64,000 nt of DNA, from the sequence record NC_041878.1; one strand, 5' to 3'. The notes under the pieces were generated by a model. It saw only the letters and a program-made list of their open reading frames with translations, searched no databases and was not told where the DNA came from. This document shows positions 1 to 8,247 of this stretch, piece after piece; the stretch's first letter is position 1; each line of letters starts with the position of its first letter. The translations under genes were made by a program, and so were the position numbers.

Positions 1-293
1 TATCCGTTCCTGAAGTCGAATGCGAATAGCACAAAAAGTACAGCAACCTTTTTTCAAAAATGATAACATGAGGTTGGGAAAAATCTGGAGTGATCGTGAA
101 ATCAAATACGAATCAAGGAAATTTTGGAGTACCCTTCAGACTTTTTCTGAGATCTCGAAAGTACACCAAAGTAAAGACGCATCGTAGAAATTACGTTCAA
201 TACTATAATACAAATACAAAGTACTGAAAATTTATACAGTACTGTTATTATGCACAGTGCAATATAAATTTTAAAATCAGATGAAAAAAGTAC

Positions 294-322
294 TTGACGA
301 GGGATGATGGAATTGATACTAT
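294..322 (+). promoter_or_regulatory. sigma70-type promoter, no ORF downstream
   Basis: TTGACG(294-299)-17 bp-TACTAT(317-322), preceded by AAAAAGTAC. Confidence 0.75.
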
Positions 323-328
323 AGCTAC

Positions 329-440
329 AAGTTAAGGAGACAGGCAACGGTCAAGCCTCTCAGCCACGTAGCCTGGAACCTTAACAGTACTGCAATGATG
401 GTTGCCCCCTGATTTGCAGTCCTCTTACCAGAGGTGTTCT
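329..440 (+). ncRNA. candidate structured small RNA A
   Basis: Follows promoter. Stems GTTAAGG/CCTTAAC (331/379), CAGGC/GCCTG, ACTGCAA/TTGCAGT (389/414), CCTCT/AGAGG; no ORF. Confidence 0.5.
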
Positions 441-660
441 CTTCATTGCTTAGGAAACATTAAGTACTAAGCGTGTTAAAAATTTGAAGTACTTTATAGT
501 ACTATGCAGTGTACATTCTACTAAGTCATCCTGCCAATAACTTTTGAATGTATAGTGCTAGTACTATATCTTTTTAAGTGAGAATATTAGTACTGTATAA
601 GTACTGATGAATTACCAAAGTACAGATACAATGAGGGTATATGTTGTCTGAATTTTGGGT

Positions 661-810
661 GTACTATCCCTATCTGCTATCTTCAGATGGATAGACTTCT
701 GGCGGTGTAGATGGCTGGATGTTTAAACGTCTAGACTGCTATCCTTCTGGATGGCTAAAAGGCTAGATGGCTATCCGTATAGATGGATAGACGTTTAGAC
801 GGCTAAATGA
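661..810. repeat. degenerate GATGG(A/C)T / CTATC repeat array
   Basis: AGATGGATAGAC at 685 and 781; GATGGCT at 710, 750, 766; several CTATC copies. Confidence 0.6.
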
Positions 811-899
811 TTTTTTCTGTCAAAATTCCATTAGCTCCCCTTCCGCGACTGGATAGAACCAGGCAGAATCGAAAGTCGTCTTTTCGTGTTGACAGGGAT

Positions 900-927
900 A
901 TAATACCACACTGAAAAACAATTGCAA
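900..927 (-). promoter_or_regulatory. leftward sigma70-type promoter
   Basis: Minus strand TTGCAA-16 bp-TATTAT with TG extension. Confidence 0.5.
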
Positions 928-989
928 GGGATTTTTTGCAGAAAAATAAATTTGACAAGTGAACCAGGATTATAGTACTATATAAGCAA

Positions 990-1023
990 GCCAGAGAAAT
1001 GGCCTAGCCCACAGGGTGCGGAG
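990..1023 (+). ncRNA. two-hairpin element copy 1
   Basis: GCC-AGAGAAAT-GGC-CTA-GCCC-ACA-GGGT-GCGGAG after TTGACA(952)/TACTAT(976). Confidence 0.7.
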
Positions 1024-1060
1024 ATCCGTCTATTGCTTTTTATTTGAATTTTGGACACAA

Positions 1061-1094
1061 TTCCGCACCCTGTGGGTCAAGGAGTTTCGCCTCC
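1061..1094 (-). ncRNA. two-hairpin element copy 2 (convergent with copy 1)
   Basis: GGAG-GCGAAA-CTCC-TTG-ACCC-ACA-GGGT-GCGGAA after minus-strand TTGCAT-17-CATAAT (1132-1104). Confidence 0.7.
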
Positions 1095-1160
1095 ATGTAA
1101 AGTATTATGCCAGTACTGCGAACATAATGCAAGGACTTTTTACGATTTTCTTTAAAAAAG

Positions 1161-1302
1161 TTTCCCCTTCTATATACGTATAAAGGAAGCGTTTAGAGCG
1201 TGTCAGATCCTGGGGCTTACAGTTTTGTACTTTATACTTTATAAAGCCGTGTAAAGCGTCCTATGCGTTCCTTGTACGTGTATACGTATATAGAGAAGGA
1301 AA
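1161..1302. repeat. large imperfect palindrome
   Basis: Perfect 13 bp IR CTATATACGTATA (1170-1182)/TATACGTATATAG (1281-1293) with imperfect flanks. Confidence 0.65.
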
Positions 1303-1476
1303 AGCCTGTTAGAAAGAATCTTATAAAAACTTATATAAAGTACTTGCAAAGGTTTTTTGGTGTGATAGTATTAATCCCGTCGAACAGGACAACGCTCTTT
1401 AAAAACTTGCTGGTGAATACTTAAACATGCCTCCAGGTACTTTGAAAAAAGAATCTGAGAGAATGAAAAAGTACTT

Positions 1477-1505
1477 GACAGCAAGAATAGAAAGTGTAGA
1501 ATGTT
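1477..1505 (+). promoter_or_regulatory. sigma70-type promoter
   Basis: AAAAAGTAC-TTGACA-17 bp-TAGAAT. Confidence 0.75.
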
Positions 1506-1511
1506 CAATAT

Positions 1512-1648
1512 CGAAAGGCGGTAAGGTTCGCCGGATGGTAGGAAGCGGTAGCAGGGCGATAAAGTACTGCTACAGTGATAAGCCGGAAGTGCTATCACAG
1601 CGTTATAAAGGTTAACATAACTGTTAACGTCCTATCTACTGCCTTTTG
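1512..1648 (+). ncRNA. candidate multibranched small RNA B
   Basis: Closing stem AAAGGCGGTA/CTACTGCCTTT; hairpins GTAGCAG/CTGCTAC, GTGATA/TATCAC, GTTAAC/GTTAAC; follows promoter. Confidence 0.55.
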
Positions 1649-1799
1649 ATTCTTTCAGTACGGTAAAAGGTACGAAAGAATAAAGATTCAGAAAGTTATC
1701 AAAAAGTACTTGACGGACTGAATCGCACGATGTAAGATGTTAAGTAAGCCGAGTGGCTAACCCAAAATTCAAAATTTAACTTTTAAGAAGGTATATATC

Positions 1800-2477
1800 A
1801 TGACTACTACTAACAACGCTAAAGCTACCAAAGTTACCCTGAACTCTATCGTTTTCGCTCCGGCTCCGGTACTGCGTGAACTGAAAGAAGGTGAAAACTA
1901 CACCAAAACCGAACTGAAAGCCCACGAAAAAGAAATGGGCGAATATCTCCGCACCACGTCGCACGATTTGGCGATGTACCTGGTAAACAAAACCGACAAT
2001 ACTGATACCATTGTCAAACTGTTTGCCGCTACCGCCGAAGCGATCCCTACAGTACTGGCCGAAGTACTGAAACAGCGTGAAGAAGAAGAAGCCGCTAAAC
2101 AGGCTGAACGCGAAAAAGCGGAAGAAGAAAAACGTCGCCTCGCTGAACAGGAAGAAAAAGAACTGCAAGCGAAGAAAGATGAAATGCTTAAACACATGAC
2201 CGATGTTCTGGGGCTGGATCTGGATGTTGCGAAAGCTGCGGTTGAAACGGTGGCGAAAAAGCTGAACGTTGGCAACCATACTAAAAACTCTTATGAGCGT
2301 GTAACCTGCACCATTGAAGGCAATCAGTACGATGTTCCGGTGCGTGGTAATATGTCTCAGGCACTGAAAGATCTGGCGGCGAAATATGGTTTCGCTGATG
2401 ACCGCGATGGATTCATCGAAAAATTCCGCGATGAACCTGCAACTGCTGATGCTGACAAAGATACCGCCGAAGCGTAA
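1800..2477 (+). CDS. coiled-coil protein with H-NS-like C-terminal half (putative nucleoid-associated protein)
   Basis: Promoter TTGACG..TAAGAT, SD AAGAAGG, host-like highly expressed codons (CTG/GAA/AAA/CGT); by-eye similarity to H-NS. Confidence 0.55.
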   Translation: MTTTNNAKATKVTLNSIVFAPAPVLRELKEGENYTKTELKAHEKEMGEYLRTTSHDLAMYLVNKTDNTDTIVKLFAATAEAIPTVLAEVLKQREEEEAAKQAEREKAEEEKRRLAEQEEKELQAKKDEMLKHMTDVLGLDLDVAKAAVETVAKKLNVGNHTKNSYERVTCTIEGNQYDVPVRGNMSQALKDLAAKYGFADDRDGFIEKFRDEPATADADKDTAEA

Positions 2478-2497
2478 TATCAAAAGTAATGCGGCAA

Positions 2498-2515
2498 GGG
2501 GGCTAGAAAGCCCCC
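2498..2515 (+). terminator. GC hairpin after first gene
   Basis: GGGGGCT-AGAA-AGCCCCC; weak U-tract. Confidence 0.5.
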
Positions 2516-2626
2516 TGAGCCTTTCTAACAGTACTGTAATACCTTTCCTCAAAGTACTATTAGAAACGCTTAGAATCAATCCTACAGCGTTTTAAGATGT
2601 ATACTTATTAAGTGAGAATAAACGCT

Positions 2627-2896
2627 ATGGAACTAAAACCACTTTCTGAACTCCGCGATAAAAAAACCATTGTCGCCAGGACAATGATCCACACTTCCCC
2701 ACGTCAAAAGGTTTTATCTGGCTATCTGGTTTTTGTGCTGGATGGTAAACTAATACAACGTCGGATCTATGATATGGCCTATAATAGTACTTTTATGAGT
2801 GCTATGTATATAGTTTACAAAGGCGTTAACTATGCCGTAGATCTTGCATGTAAGACGATTAGCGGGGCTTTCAGCGTCGAAACGTTGAAAGTATAA
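2627..2896 (+). CDS. hypothetical protein
   Basis: ORF; ATG at 2627 after GTGAGA. Confidence 0.7.
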   Translation: MELKPLSELRDKKTIVARTMIHTSPRQKVLSGYLVFVLDGKLIQRRIYDMAYNSTFMSAMYIVYKGVNYAVDLACKTISGAFSVETLKV

Positions 2897-2907
2897 GCCT
2901 ACAATCA

Positions 2908-2937
2908 AAAGCCCTTAGAAACGTTTCTAGGGGCTTT
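2908..2937. terminator. intrinsic terminator
   Basis: AAAGCCCTTAGAAAC/GTTTCTAGGGGCTTT hairpin. Confidence 0.7.
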
Positions 2938-3031
2938 ATATTTGATTTTAAAAAGTACTAAGAAAGTACTTGCAATTTATTTTTGAATCTGTAGAATACT
3001 CGTTATTGAAACACGTAACGAGATTTAAGAA

Positions 3032-3316
3032 ATGCAAGTAACACTGAACGGATTTACTTTTACAAAGAATGTTGATGGTACTGATAACATTCAGTCAGTA
3101 CTTAAAAACAAAGATAATAAAGCATTAGGCGGGATTGTCAAAGATGCTAAGAAGATGGCAAACTTACAACGCCTGAAACGTTCGCCTGATGTTCTGGTAT
3201 TCCTGGCTAAAGTACAGGAAGAAACTGAAAAAGTTTACTTTGAACAAAAGAAACCAAAACCTTACAATAAGTACAAAAGGAAATTTAATCCTTGCATTCA
3301 TTCTATAAATGTGTAG
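3032..3316 (+). CDS. hypothetical basic protein
   Basis: ORF behind TTGCAA..TAGAAT promoter. Confidence 0.75.
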   Translation: MQVTLNGFTFTKNVDGTDNIQSVLKNKDNKALGGIVKDAKKMANLQRLKRSPDVLVFLAKVQEETEKVYFEQKKPKPYNKYKRKFNPCIHSINV

Positions 3317-3351
3317 AATGTCTTATATCGAAACGCGACGGAGTAAACAAG

Positions 3352-3741
3352 ATGGAAAGTAAAGCGAAGTTAGAACAATACAGATTAGTACTTGATGTAC
3401 TGATTCAAATGAAAGATTGTATTGACAAAGATGATACTTATACTACAGTACTGAATAAGTCATTCAATCTTTCTCGCTCCCTGGGTATCTGCTGGCATGT
3501 ATATGTTCACACTCCACCAGCGGAGATCACTGGTATCGGATCGGACTATCTTGAACCTGCATTCATTGCGTTAGGGCTTGATCGTGAATATCCGGTTGAA
3601 TGCCAGGTTGATACTGATTCGCCGCGAATCCTGCACTTTACACAACGTAACCTTTACGATCCTGATAACGAGTGCGGAAAGTTGCGGATCAAGTTGGTTA
3701 ATGATTTGATTCAGTACTTTGAACAAAAGTTATCGCAGTAA
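3352..3741 (+). CDS. hypothetical protein
   Basis: ORF; SD GGAG before ATG 3352. Confidence 0.8.
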   Translation: MESKAKLEQYRLVLDVLIQMKDCIDKDDTYTTVLNKSFNLSRSLGICWHVYVHTPPAEITGIGSDYLEPAFIALGLDREYPVECQVDTDSPRILHFTQRNLYDPDNECGKLRIKLVNDLIQYFEQKLSQ

Positions 3742-3799
3742 AAATCTTTACAAAAAAGAGGTTGACTTCGGTTGGCCTCTTATAGTACTATATTAATAA

Positions 3800-3833
3800 G
3801 CCAGAACAAAGGCGTGACCCACAGGGTGCGGAG
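3800..3833 (+). ncRNA. two-hairpin element copy 3
   Basis: GCC-AGAACAAA-GGC-GTG-ACCC-ACA-GGGT-GCGGAG after TTGACT promoter embedded in a terminator hairpin. Confidence 0.7.
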
Positions 3834-3870
3834 ATCCGTTCAGTGAAAAGATAATGAATTTTAGATATAA

Positions 3871-3904
3871 CTCCGCACCCTGTGGGTTAAGGAATTTCGC
3901 TTCC
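3871..3904 (-). ncRNA. two-hairpin element copy 4 (convergent with copy 3)
   Basis: GGAA-GCGAAA-TTCC-TTA-ACCC-ACA-GGGT-GCGGAG after minus TTGACA-17-TATATT. Confidence 0.7.
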
Positions 3905-4164
3905 ATGAATAATAATATACCACTGCTGGAAAGTACTGTCAAGGAAAAAAACAGGGGAACTTTCATGTTCCCCCTAAATGCGACAAAGGCATATATCGGA
4001 CTTTGTGCGAGCTTCGTTGATCGCATGAGTACTATATCACAACGGCCAGGCGAGTGCAACTATTTGATCTGTGATAAAAATATACTTTCAAACGTGAAAA
4101 GTACTTGCAAAGAATGATTAAAGGAGTATACTTAACTTATCGAAACGAACAAGAGGATTTAAAA

Positions 4165-4437
4165 ATGGCTAGTTACAGTGCGTCAATGATTGTTAAGGAT
4201 TTAGCAGGAAAGCCGTGTTTAGCTTGCGGTTCCTTTGGTAACATTGCGATAGATGGTAGATTATCTATTTCCAGGGCGATAGAGATAGCGGAGGAAAGTT
4301 TTAAGAAAGAATCCAAATTTCAAAACAGCGAATACTTGGGATTTGTAATTGAGAAAACTTCTCGATTCGTTGAATATCGTAATCCGAGTATTATCGGTAA
4401 TAAAGAAGTAAAAACTTTTAAAGAACTTGAACGATAA
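4165..4437 (+). CDS. hypothetical protein
   Basis: ORF; SD GAGGA; own promoter. Confidence 0.8.
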   Translation: MASYSASMIVKDLAGKPCLACGSFGNIAIDGRLSISRAIEIAEESFKKESKFQNSEYLGFVIEKTSRFVEYRNPSIIGNKEVKTFKELER

Positions 4438-4500
4438 TACTTGCAAAGTGGGTAATGGTTTAGTACTATTACCCTATCGAAACGAACTGAGGATTTAAAG

Positions 4501-4947
4501 ATGGGAACTCCAGCATGTATCGCAGTAATGAACGACAATAAAGAAGTTACTTGGACTTATGTTAACTATGACGGTTATTTAAACGGCGTAGGTAGAATGT
4601 TGATCGAGCATTACAACGATCTGTCAATAGCTAAAAAATTAATTTCAATGGGTGATATTTCAACATTGAAGCGAACGATGGATTGCCCCGTTGGTCACTC
4701 ATTCGCTACACCTGCACCAAATTGCACAGTATTCTATGAGCGGGATCGTGGTGAAGATAATGTAAAACCACGTCACGGCGATTATGCTATGTTCCTGCGT
4801 TGTAATAAAGGTACAATTAGTTATATCTACACGGATGGACAATGGCACATAGTACGGGAAACAAGTAAACGCGGTGCAATTTTAGACCGTCATAAATTGT
4901 TAGTACTTGGCGAAGTGTTATCCGGTTTATATGATTTTTCGCGTTAA
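4501..4947 (+). CDS. conserved phage hypothetical protein
   Basis: MGT...YVNYDGYLNGVGRMLIEHY resembles the widespread phage YxHWDGYPxxVG family; SD GAGGA. Confidence 0.8.
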   Translation: MGTPACIAVMNDNKEVTWTYVNYDGYLNGVGRMLIEHYNDLSIAKKLISMGDISTLKRTMDCPVGHSFATPAPNCTVFYERDRGEDNVKPRHGDYAMFLRCNKGTISYIYTDGQWHIVRETSKRGAILDRHKLLVLGEVLSGLYDFSR

Positions 4948-5023
4948 TTAAATTGTATATAGTACTTGCAAAATTCTGCGAGTACTATATAATTACTTAT
5001 ATCTTAAACGGGAGAACAAAGAA

Positions 5024-5479
5024 ATGAAAGCTATCGAATTTGAACAGAAAGTAAGAGAATCCTTTTTGAAGTACTTCCCGAACGGGCATATTCGTTTATC
5101 TAAACTTGCTTTAGGTGGCGGCTTACATATTGCTTGCGGCCTGATTGCAAACGTTAAAGAGATCACCGCAACGATCAGACAAAACGACCCGTTAAACGTT
5201 TCTATCTTTATTCATGATAACTATGTATTCAATGATTCAGAAACGGATCTTGATAATGTAGTACTTGAATTTGATAATTCTCATGTATCGGTTATTCCTG
5301 ATAATCCGCACATGTACAGCCAATCGCACAAGATCGCAGCACGTAAAATTAACGCTGCACCAGAAAAAGCACTGGTAAACCTGGATAAGTATTTTAAACG
5401 TGTTAAAGATGTTGTCACAGAGCAAGCGGCATTAAACCGGATTATCAAACAAGATACAATCGATCCTAAGTATCTGTAA
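5024..5479 (+). CDS. hypothetical protein
   Basis: ORF; SD GGGAG; own promoter. Confidence 0.8.
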   Translation: MKAIEFEQKVRESFLKYFPNGHIRLSKLALGGGLHIACGLIANVKEITATIRQNDPLNVSIFIHDNYVFNDSETDLDNVVLEFDNSHVSVIPDNPHMYSQSHKIAARKINAAPEKALVNLDKYFKRVKDVVTEQAALNRIIKQDTIDPKYL

Positions 5480-5559
5480 AATTATTATCAAAAGTACTTG
5501 CAAAATGAATGCGAGTACTTTATAATAAAGTTACATTATTAATCAAGAGGAAGTAACAA

Positions 5560-5685
5560 ATGGTCACTATCGAAAAAGTAAAAGAAATGCTGGAAGAACT
5601 CCGCGATCAGGGTTTTGTTGTTGCTGATACTGATGACGAATTAGAAGCAGCGGCAGAAATAGCATTGACCGTTTTAAATAGCTAA
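5560..5685 (+). CDS. small acidic protein (41 aa, not in ORF track)
   Basis: Promoter + SD GAGG + ATG; MVTIEKVKEMLEELRDQGF... Confidence 0.7.
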   Translation: MVTIEKVKEMLEELRDQGFVVADTDDELEAAAEIALTVLNS

Positions 5686-5757
5686 TTAAAAATAGTACTT
5701 GCATTAATTTGTGAGTACTATATAATTACTTATATCGAAACAGCGGAGTAACTTGCA

Positions 5758-5985
5758 ATGATTGAATTTCGCAGAACTATGGAAATGTCTATCACTATCA
5801 CTGACCCACGTTATACTGAGAAAGAGATCGCGGAAGGGTTATCTGACGGCTCAATGAATATGGGCGAAGAAGATGGCGAAGATGCAGGAAAGATTTTTAA
5901 TAGTGCATGGGATGAAATCGCTACTATTGATGATCTTCATGTATCGGATGTTATGACGCCGGATGTTCAATTTTCAGTGATTTAA
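5758..5985 (+). CDS. acidic hypothetical protein
   Basis: ORF; SD GGAG; own promoter. Confidence 0.75.
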   Translation: MIEFRRTMEMSITITDPRYTEKEIAEGLSDGSMNMGEEDGEDAGKIFNSAWDEIATIDDLHVSDVMTPDVQFSVI

Positions 5986-6058
5986 TTATCAAAAGTACTT
6001 TGACAATTTTGTTAGAGTACTTTATAATTAACTTACATTAAGCGAGAGGATTTTAAAA

Positions 6059-6481
6059 ATGTTACAAGTCAGAGGTTATGCGGAAGGTGGTTTCTGTTTC
6101 ATGTTGGATGATAAAGCGGTATCAGTACATGAAGCATTATTAGCGAATGGGGGTAAGTTTCATAAGAGAACCATTAACGCTCTTAATCGTAATAACCTGG
6201 CGAACGAACAAGATCTGGCAGAGTTTGAAAAGCTGGTAAAGGTTTTACATACTGGCTTAGATGCCTTTAATGCTCGTAAAGTACTGCGTGATCATTTCAA
6301 TATTGATGTATTGAAGATTGAGAACTATTATATTTTAACTAGTTCTGAAATTTATGATCTCATGAAAGTATATGAGATCTGTAAGTACAAAGTAAGTGTA
6401 AAAAGTCCTGCACACTCAACGATGTACTATTTCTTTGAGTACTTAAACCGGAAAGATGTTCGCCGCCTGGAAAGAACATAA
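6059..6481 (+). CDS. hypothetical protein
   Basis: ORF; SD GAGGA; own promoter. Confidence 0.8.
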   Translation: MLQVRGYAEGGFCFMLDDKAVSVHEALLANGGKFHKRTINALNRNNLANEQDLAEFEKLVKVLHTGLDAFNARKVLRDHFNIDVLKIENYYILTSSEIYDLMKVYEICKYKVSVKSPAHSTMYYFFEYLNRKDVRRLERT

Positions 6482-6532
6482 TTCAAGAAAGGGGTTGACT
6501 TCGGTTAGCCCCTTCTGTATACTGTATTCATT

Positions 6533-6566
6533 GGCAGATAAAGCCGCAAGCCCATAGGGTGCGGAG
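6533..6566 (+). ncRNA. two-hairpin element copy 5
   Basis: GGC-AGATAAA-GCC-GCAA-GCCC-ATA-GGGT-GCGGAG after TTGACT..TATACT. Confidence 0.7.
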
Positions 6567-6662
6567 GTATGTCTGTAAGAATATAAATTTGAATAAAGTA
6601 CTTGCAATCTATTTTAAAAGGCGTATACTTATCTATATCGAAACAACACAGAGGAAAACGAA

Positions 6663-6998
6663 ATGGAACAGACTACCCTGGTAAATGAAGATGCAATCAT
6701 TGATTGTCTCCTGAATGTAATCCTTAACGCTGGCTATTGTGTAAGCGTGAATGATGGGGAATGTACTGTTATTAATCGCAGTACTGACAAAGAAGAGATT
6801 ATGTCTGAGCTTCGCGGTACAGACAGCGATTGGATCAGAATTTATAAACCTGGTGAAGCCTACCATGTTGGATCTGTTGAACTGATTTACAACAATGGAT
6901 CGGACGGATTAGATCTTATCAGTAATACAGCGGCAAGTGATTTAGAAGCCCTGGATGAATTACTTATTCCAGTATATGAATTGATTGATACGCTGTAA
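6663..6998 (+). CDS. acidic hypothetical protein
   Basis: ORF; SD GAGGA; own promoter. Confidence 0.8.
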   Translation: MEQTTLVNEDAIIDCLLNVILNAGYCVSVNDGECTVINRSTDKEEIMSELRGTDSDWIRIYKPGEAYHVGSVELIYNNGSDGLDLISNTAASDLEALDELLIPVYELIDTL

Positions 6999-7067
6999 AC
7001 ATTATCAAAAGTACTTGCAATTAGAAAGCGAGTACTTTATAATGATTATATTAAATCAGGAGGATAT

Positions 7068-7235
7068 ATGGACGAACTTTTAAAACTCTGGCAACAATTC
7101 AGTACTGTATCAGTTAACGATGATGATGAAATTGAAGAATCATTTTTGCACTTTGAAAAGGGAACAGACAGATTAGAAGTGTGGAAATGGTTTGAGAATC
7201 AGAATCCTGATTTTAAAGTATCTGATTTAGTTTAA
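7068..7235 (+). CDS. small acidic phage protein (55 aa, not in track)
   Basis: SD AGGAGG; LW..F..V.V.DDDEIEE.FLHF..GT.R.EVW.WFE resembles a common phage family. Confidence 0.75.
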   Translation: MDELLKLWQQFSTVSVNDDDEIEESFLHFEKGTDRLEVWKWFENQNPDFKVSDLV

Positions 7236-7318
7236 TGTAAACATTATCAAAAGTACTTTACTTATTTTGTAGAGTACTTTATAATGATTATAGTTAATTA
7301 AGAGAGAGGGTTTAAGAA

Positions 7319-7498
7319 ATGAAATTATATGCTTATGCGTCTAATAGTGGTGAAGCTATTGCAGTTGGTAGATCTGAGCGTGGTGCTAAATCTACTGCTA
7401 CTAAAAACAAAAGTACTGAAATAGGTTATATCAGTACTATTAACAATATGTACATTCCTACTCATAAAAAAATTAATAATAAGTGGGTATCAATTTAA
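7319..7498 (+). CDS. small basic protein (59 aa, not in track)
   Basis: Promoter + SD GAGG + ATG. Confidence 0.7.
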   Translation: MKLYAYASNSGEAIAVGRSERGAKSTATKNKSTEIGYISTINNMYIPTHKKINNKWVSI

Positions 7499-7570
7499 TG
7501 TATATAAGTACTTGCAAGTTATTTGTGAGTACTATATAATGATTGTACTTTAAGTGAGAGGAAAGAAAAC

Positions 7571-7942
7571 ATGAATCCAGTATATGAAATCCAGGCAGAT
7601 ATTTTCAACACGTTCTCTGAGATCGTTACACGTGGTCATGATGAGGAATCATACAAAAGAGAACAGGCCAGAATCCAGAATGATATTAACCGCCTTAAAT
7701 TAGTGCGGGATCGTTATGCCTGTAATACTCTTATGACTAGCATGTTTTGCAATGTCATGTTGCGTAAAATGTGCCTGGCTTATCGTTATGAGGGTATTCT
7801 TTATTGTACGGCTAATAATGTCCCTGGCCGTCCAAATACTGACTACTTACATACATTAAACTTAACATCGGATCAATGGGATAGTTTAAAACAATTCCAT
7901 GTATGGATCAGTACTGGCGATGTATACGCTCCAGTGCCTTAA
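7571..7942 (+). CDS. hypothetical protein
   Basis: ORF; SD GAGG; terminator GGGGAAC/GTTCCCC-TTTT follows. Confidence 0.8.
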   Translation: MNPVYEIQADIFNTFSEIVTRGHDEESYKREQARIQNDINRLKLVRDRYACNTLMTSMFCNVMLRKMCLAYRYEGILYCTANNVPGRPNTDYLHTLNLTSDQWDSLKQFHVWISTGDVYAPVP

Positions 7943-7988
7943 TTAACTATAGGGGAACATTGTTCCCCTTTTTAAGTGAGATCCGCCT

Positions 7989-8243
7989 ATGAATATTTTT
8001 TATCAAACTAACAGGTTATGCGTTGCATTTGATTGTGATTCTGATAAAATACAATGCGTAATCTACCGGAAAGGAACGGCGGTATATGATAACTGGAAAG
8101 TACTACAATCATATACAATGCGGCGTAAAGGTTTTAAACGCCTGGATAATCGAACACAGAAAGCGGCCTTGCGACAAATGATCAAAGCAATGCGGAACCG
8201 TCAAACAATGGCTTTAAACATTGCACTTAACAGTAAGGAATGA
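7989..8243 (+). CDS. hypothetical basic protein
   Basis: ORF. Confidence 0.7.
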   Translation: MNIFYQTNRLCVAFDCDSDKIQCVIYRKGTAVYDNWKVLQSYTMRRKGFKRLDNRTQKAALRQMIKAMRNRQTMALNIALNSKE

Positions 8244-8247
8244 TACA

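Noticed and set aside
461-605. TrpR operators explaining GTACT motifs
   Set aside because: TrpR needs the GTACTAGTTAACTAGTAC-type spacing, which is not present.
990-1023. Hairpin element as Racr CRISPR-repeat mimic, ToxI mimic or lambda boxB
   Set aside because: No sequence match to the I-E/I-F repeats, ToxI or boxB as I recall them; kept as unknown.
1371-1615. Track ORFs 1427..1615 (+) and 1371..1598 (-)
   Set aside because: They overlap a near-consensus promoter and a well-paired RNA; no SD.
1746-1765. 13th copy of the hairpin element (AGCC-GAGT-GGCT-AACCC) in the first gene's leader
   Set aside because: Only the first hairpin and ACCC are present, with no GGGTGC arm; possibly a relic, not counted.
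1776-2579. Long minus-strand ORFs (1776..2579, 1898..2275, 11083..11535, 13417..13803 and most other minus ORFs)
   Set aside because: Antisense shadows of + genes with biased codons; no SD or promoter.
3793-4117. Track ORFs 3793..4059 (-) and 3854..4117 (+)
   Set aside because: They run across convergent promoters, hairpin elements and a terminator, and lack an SD.
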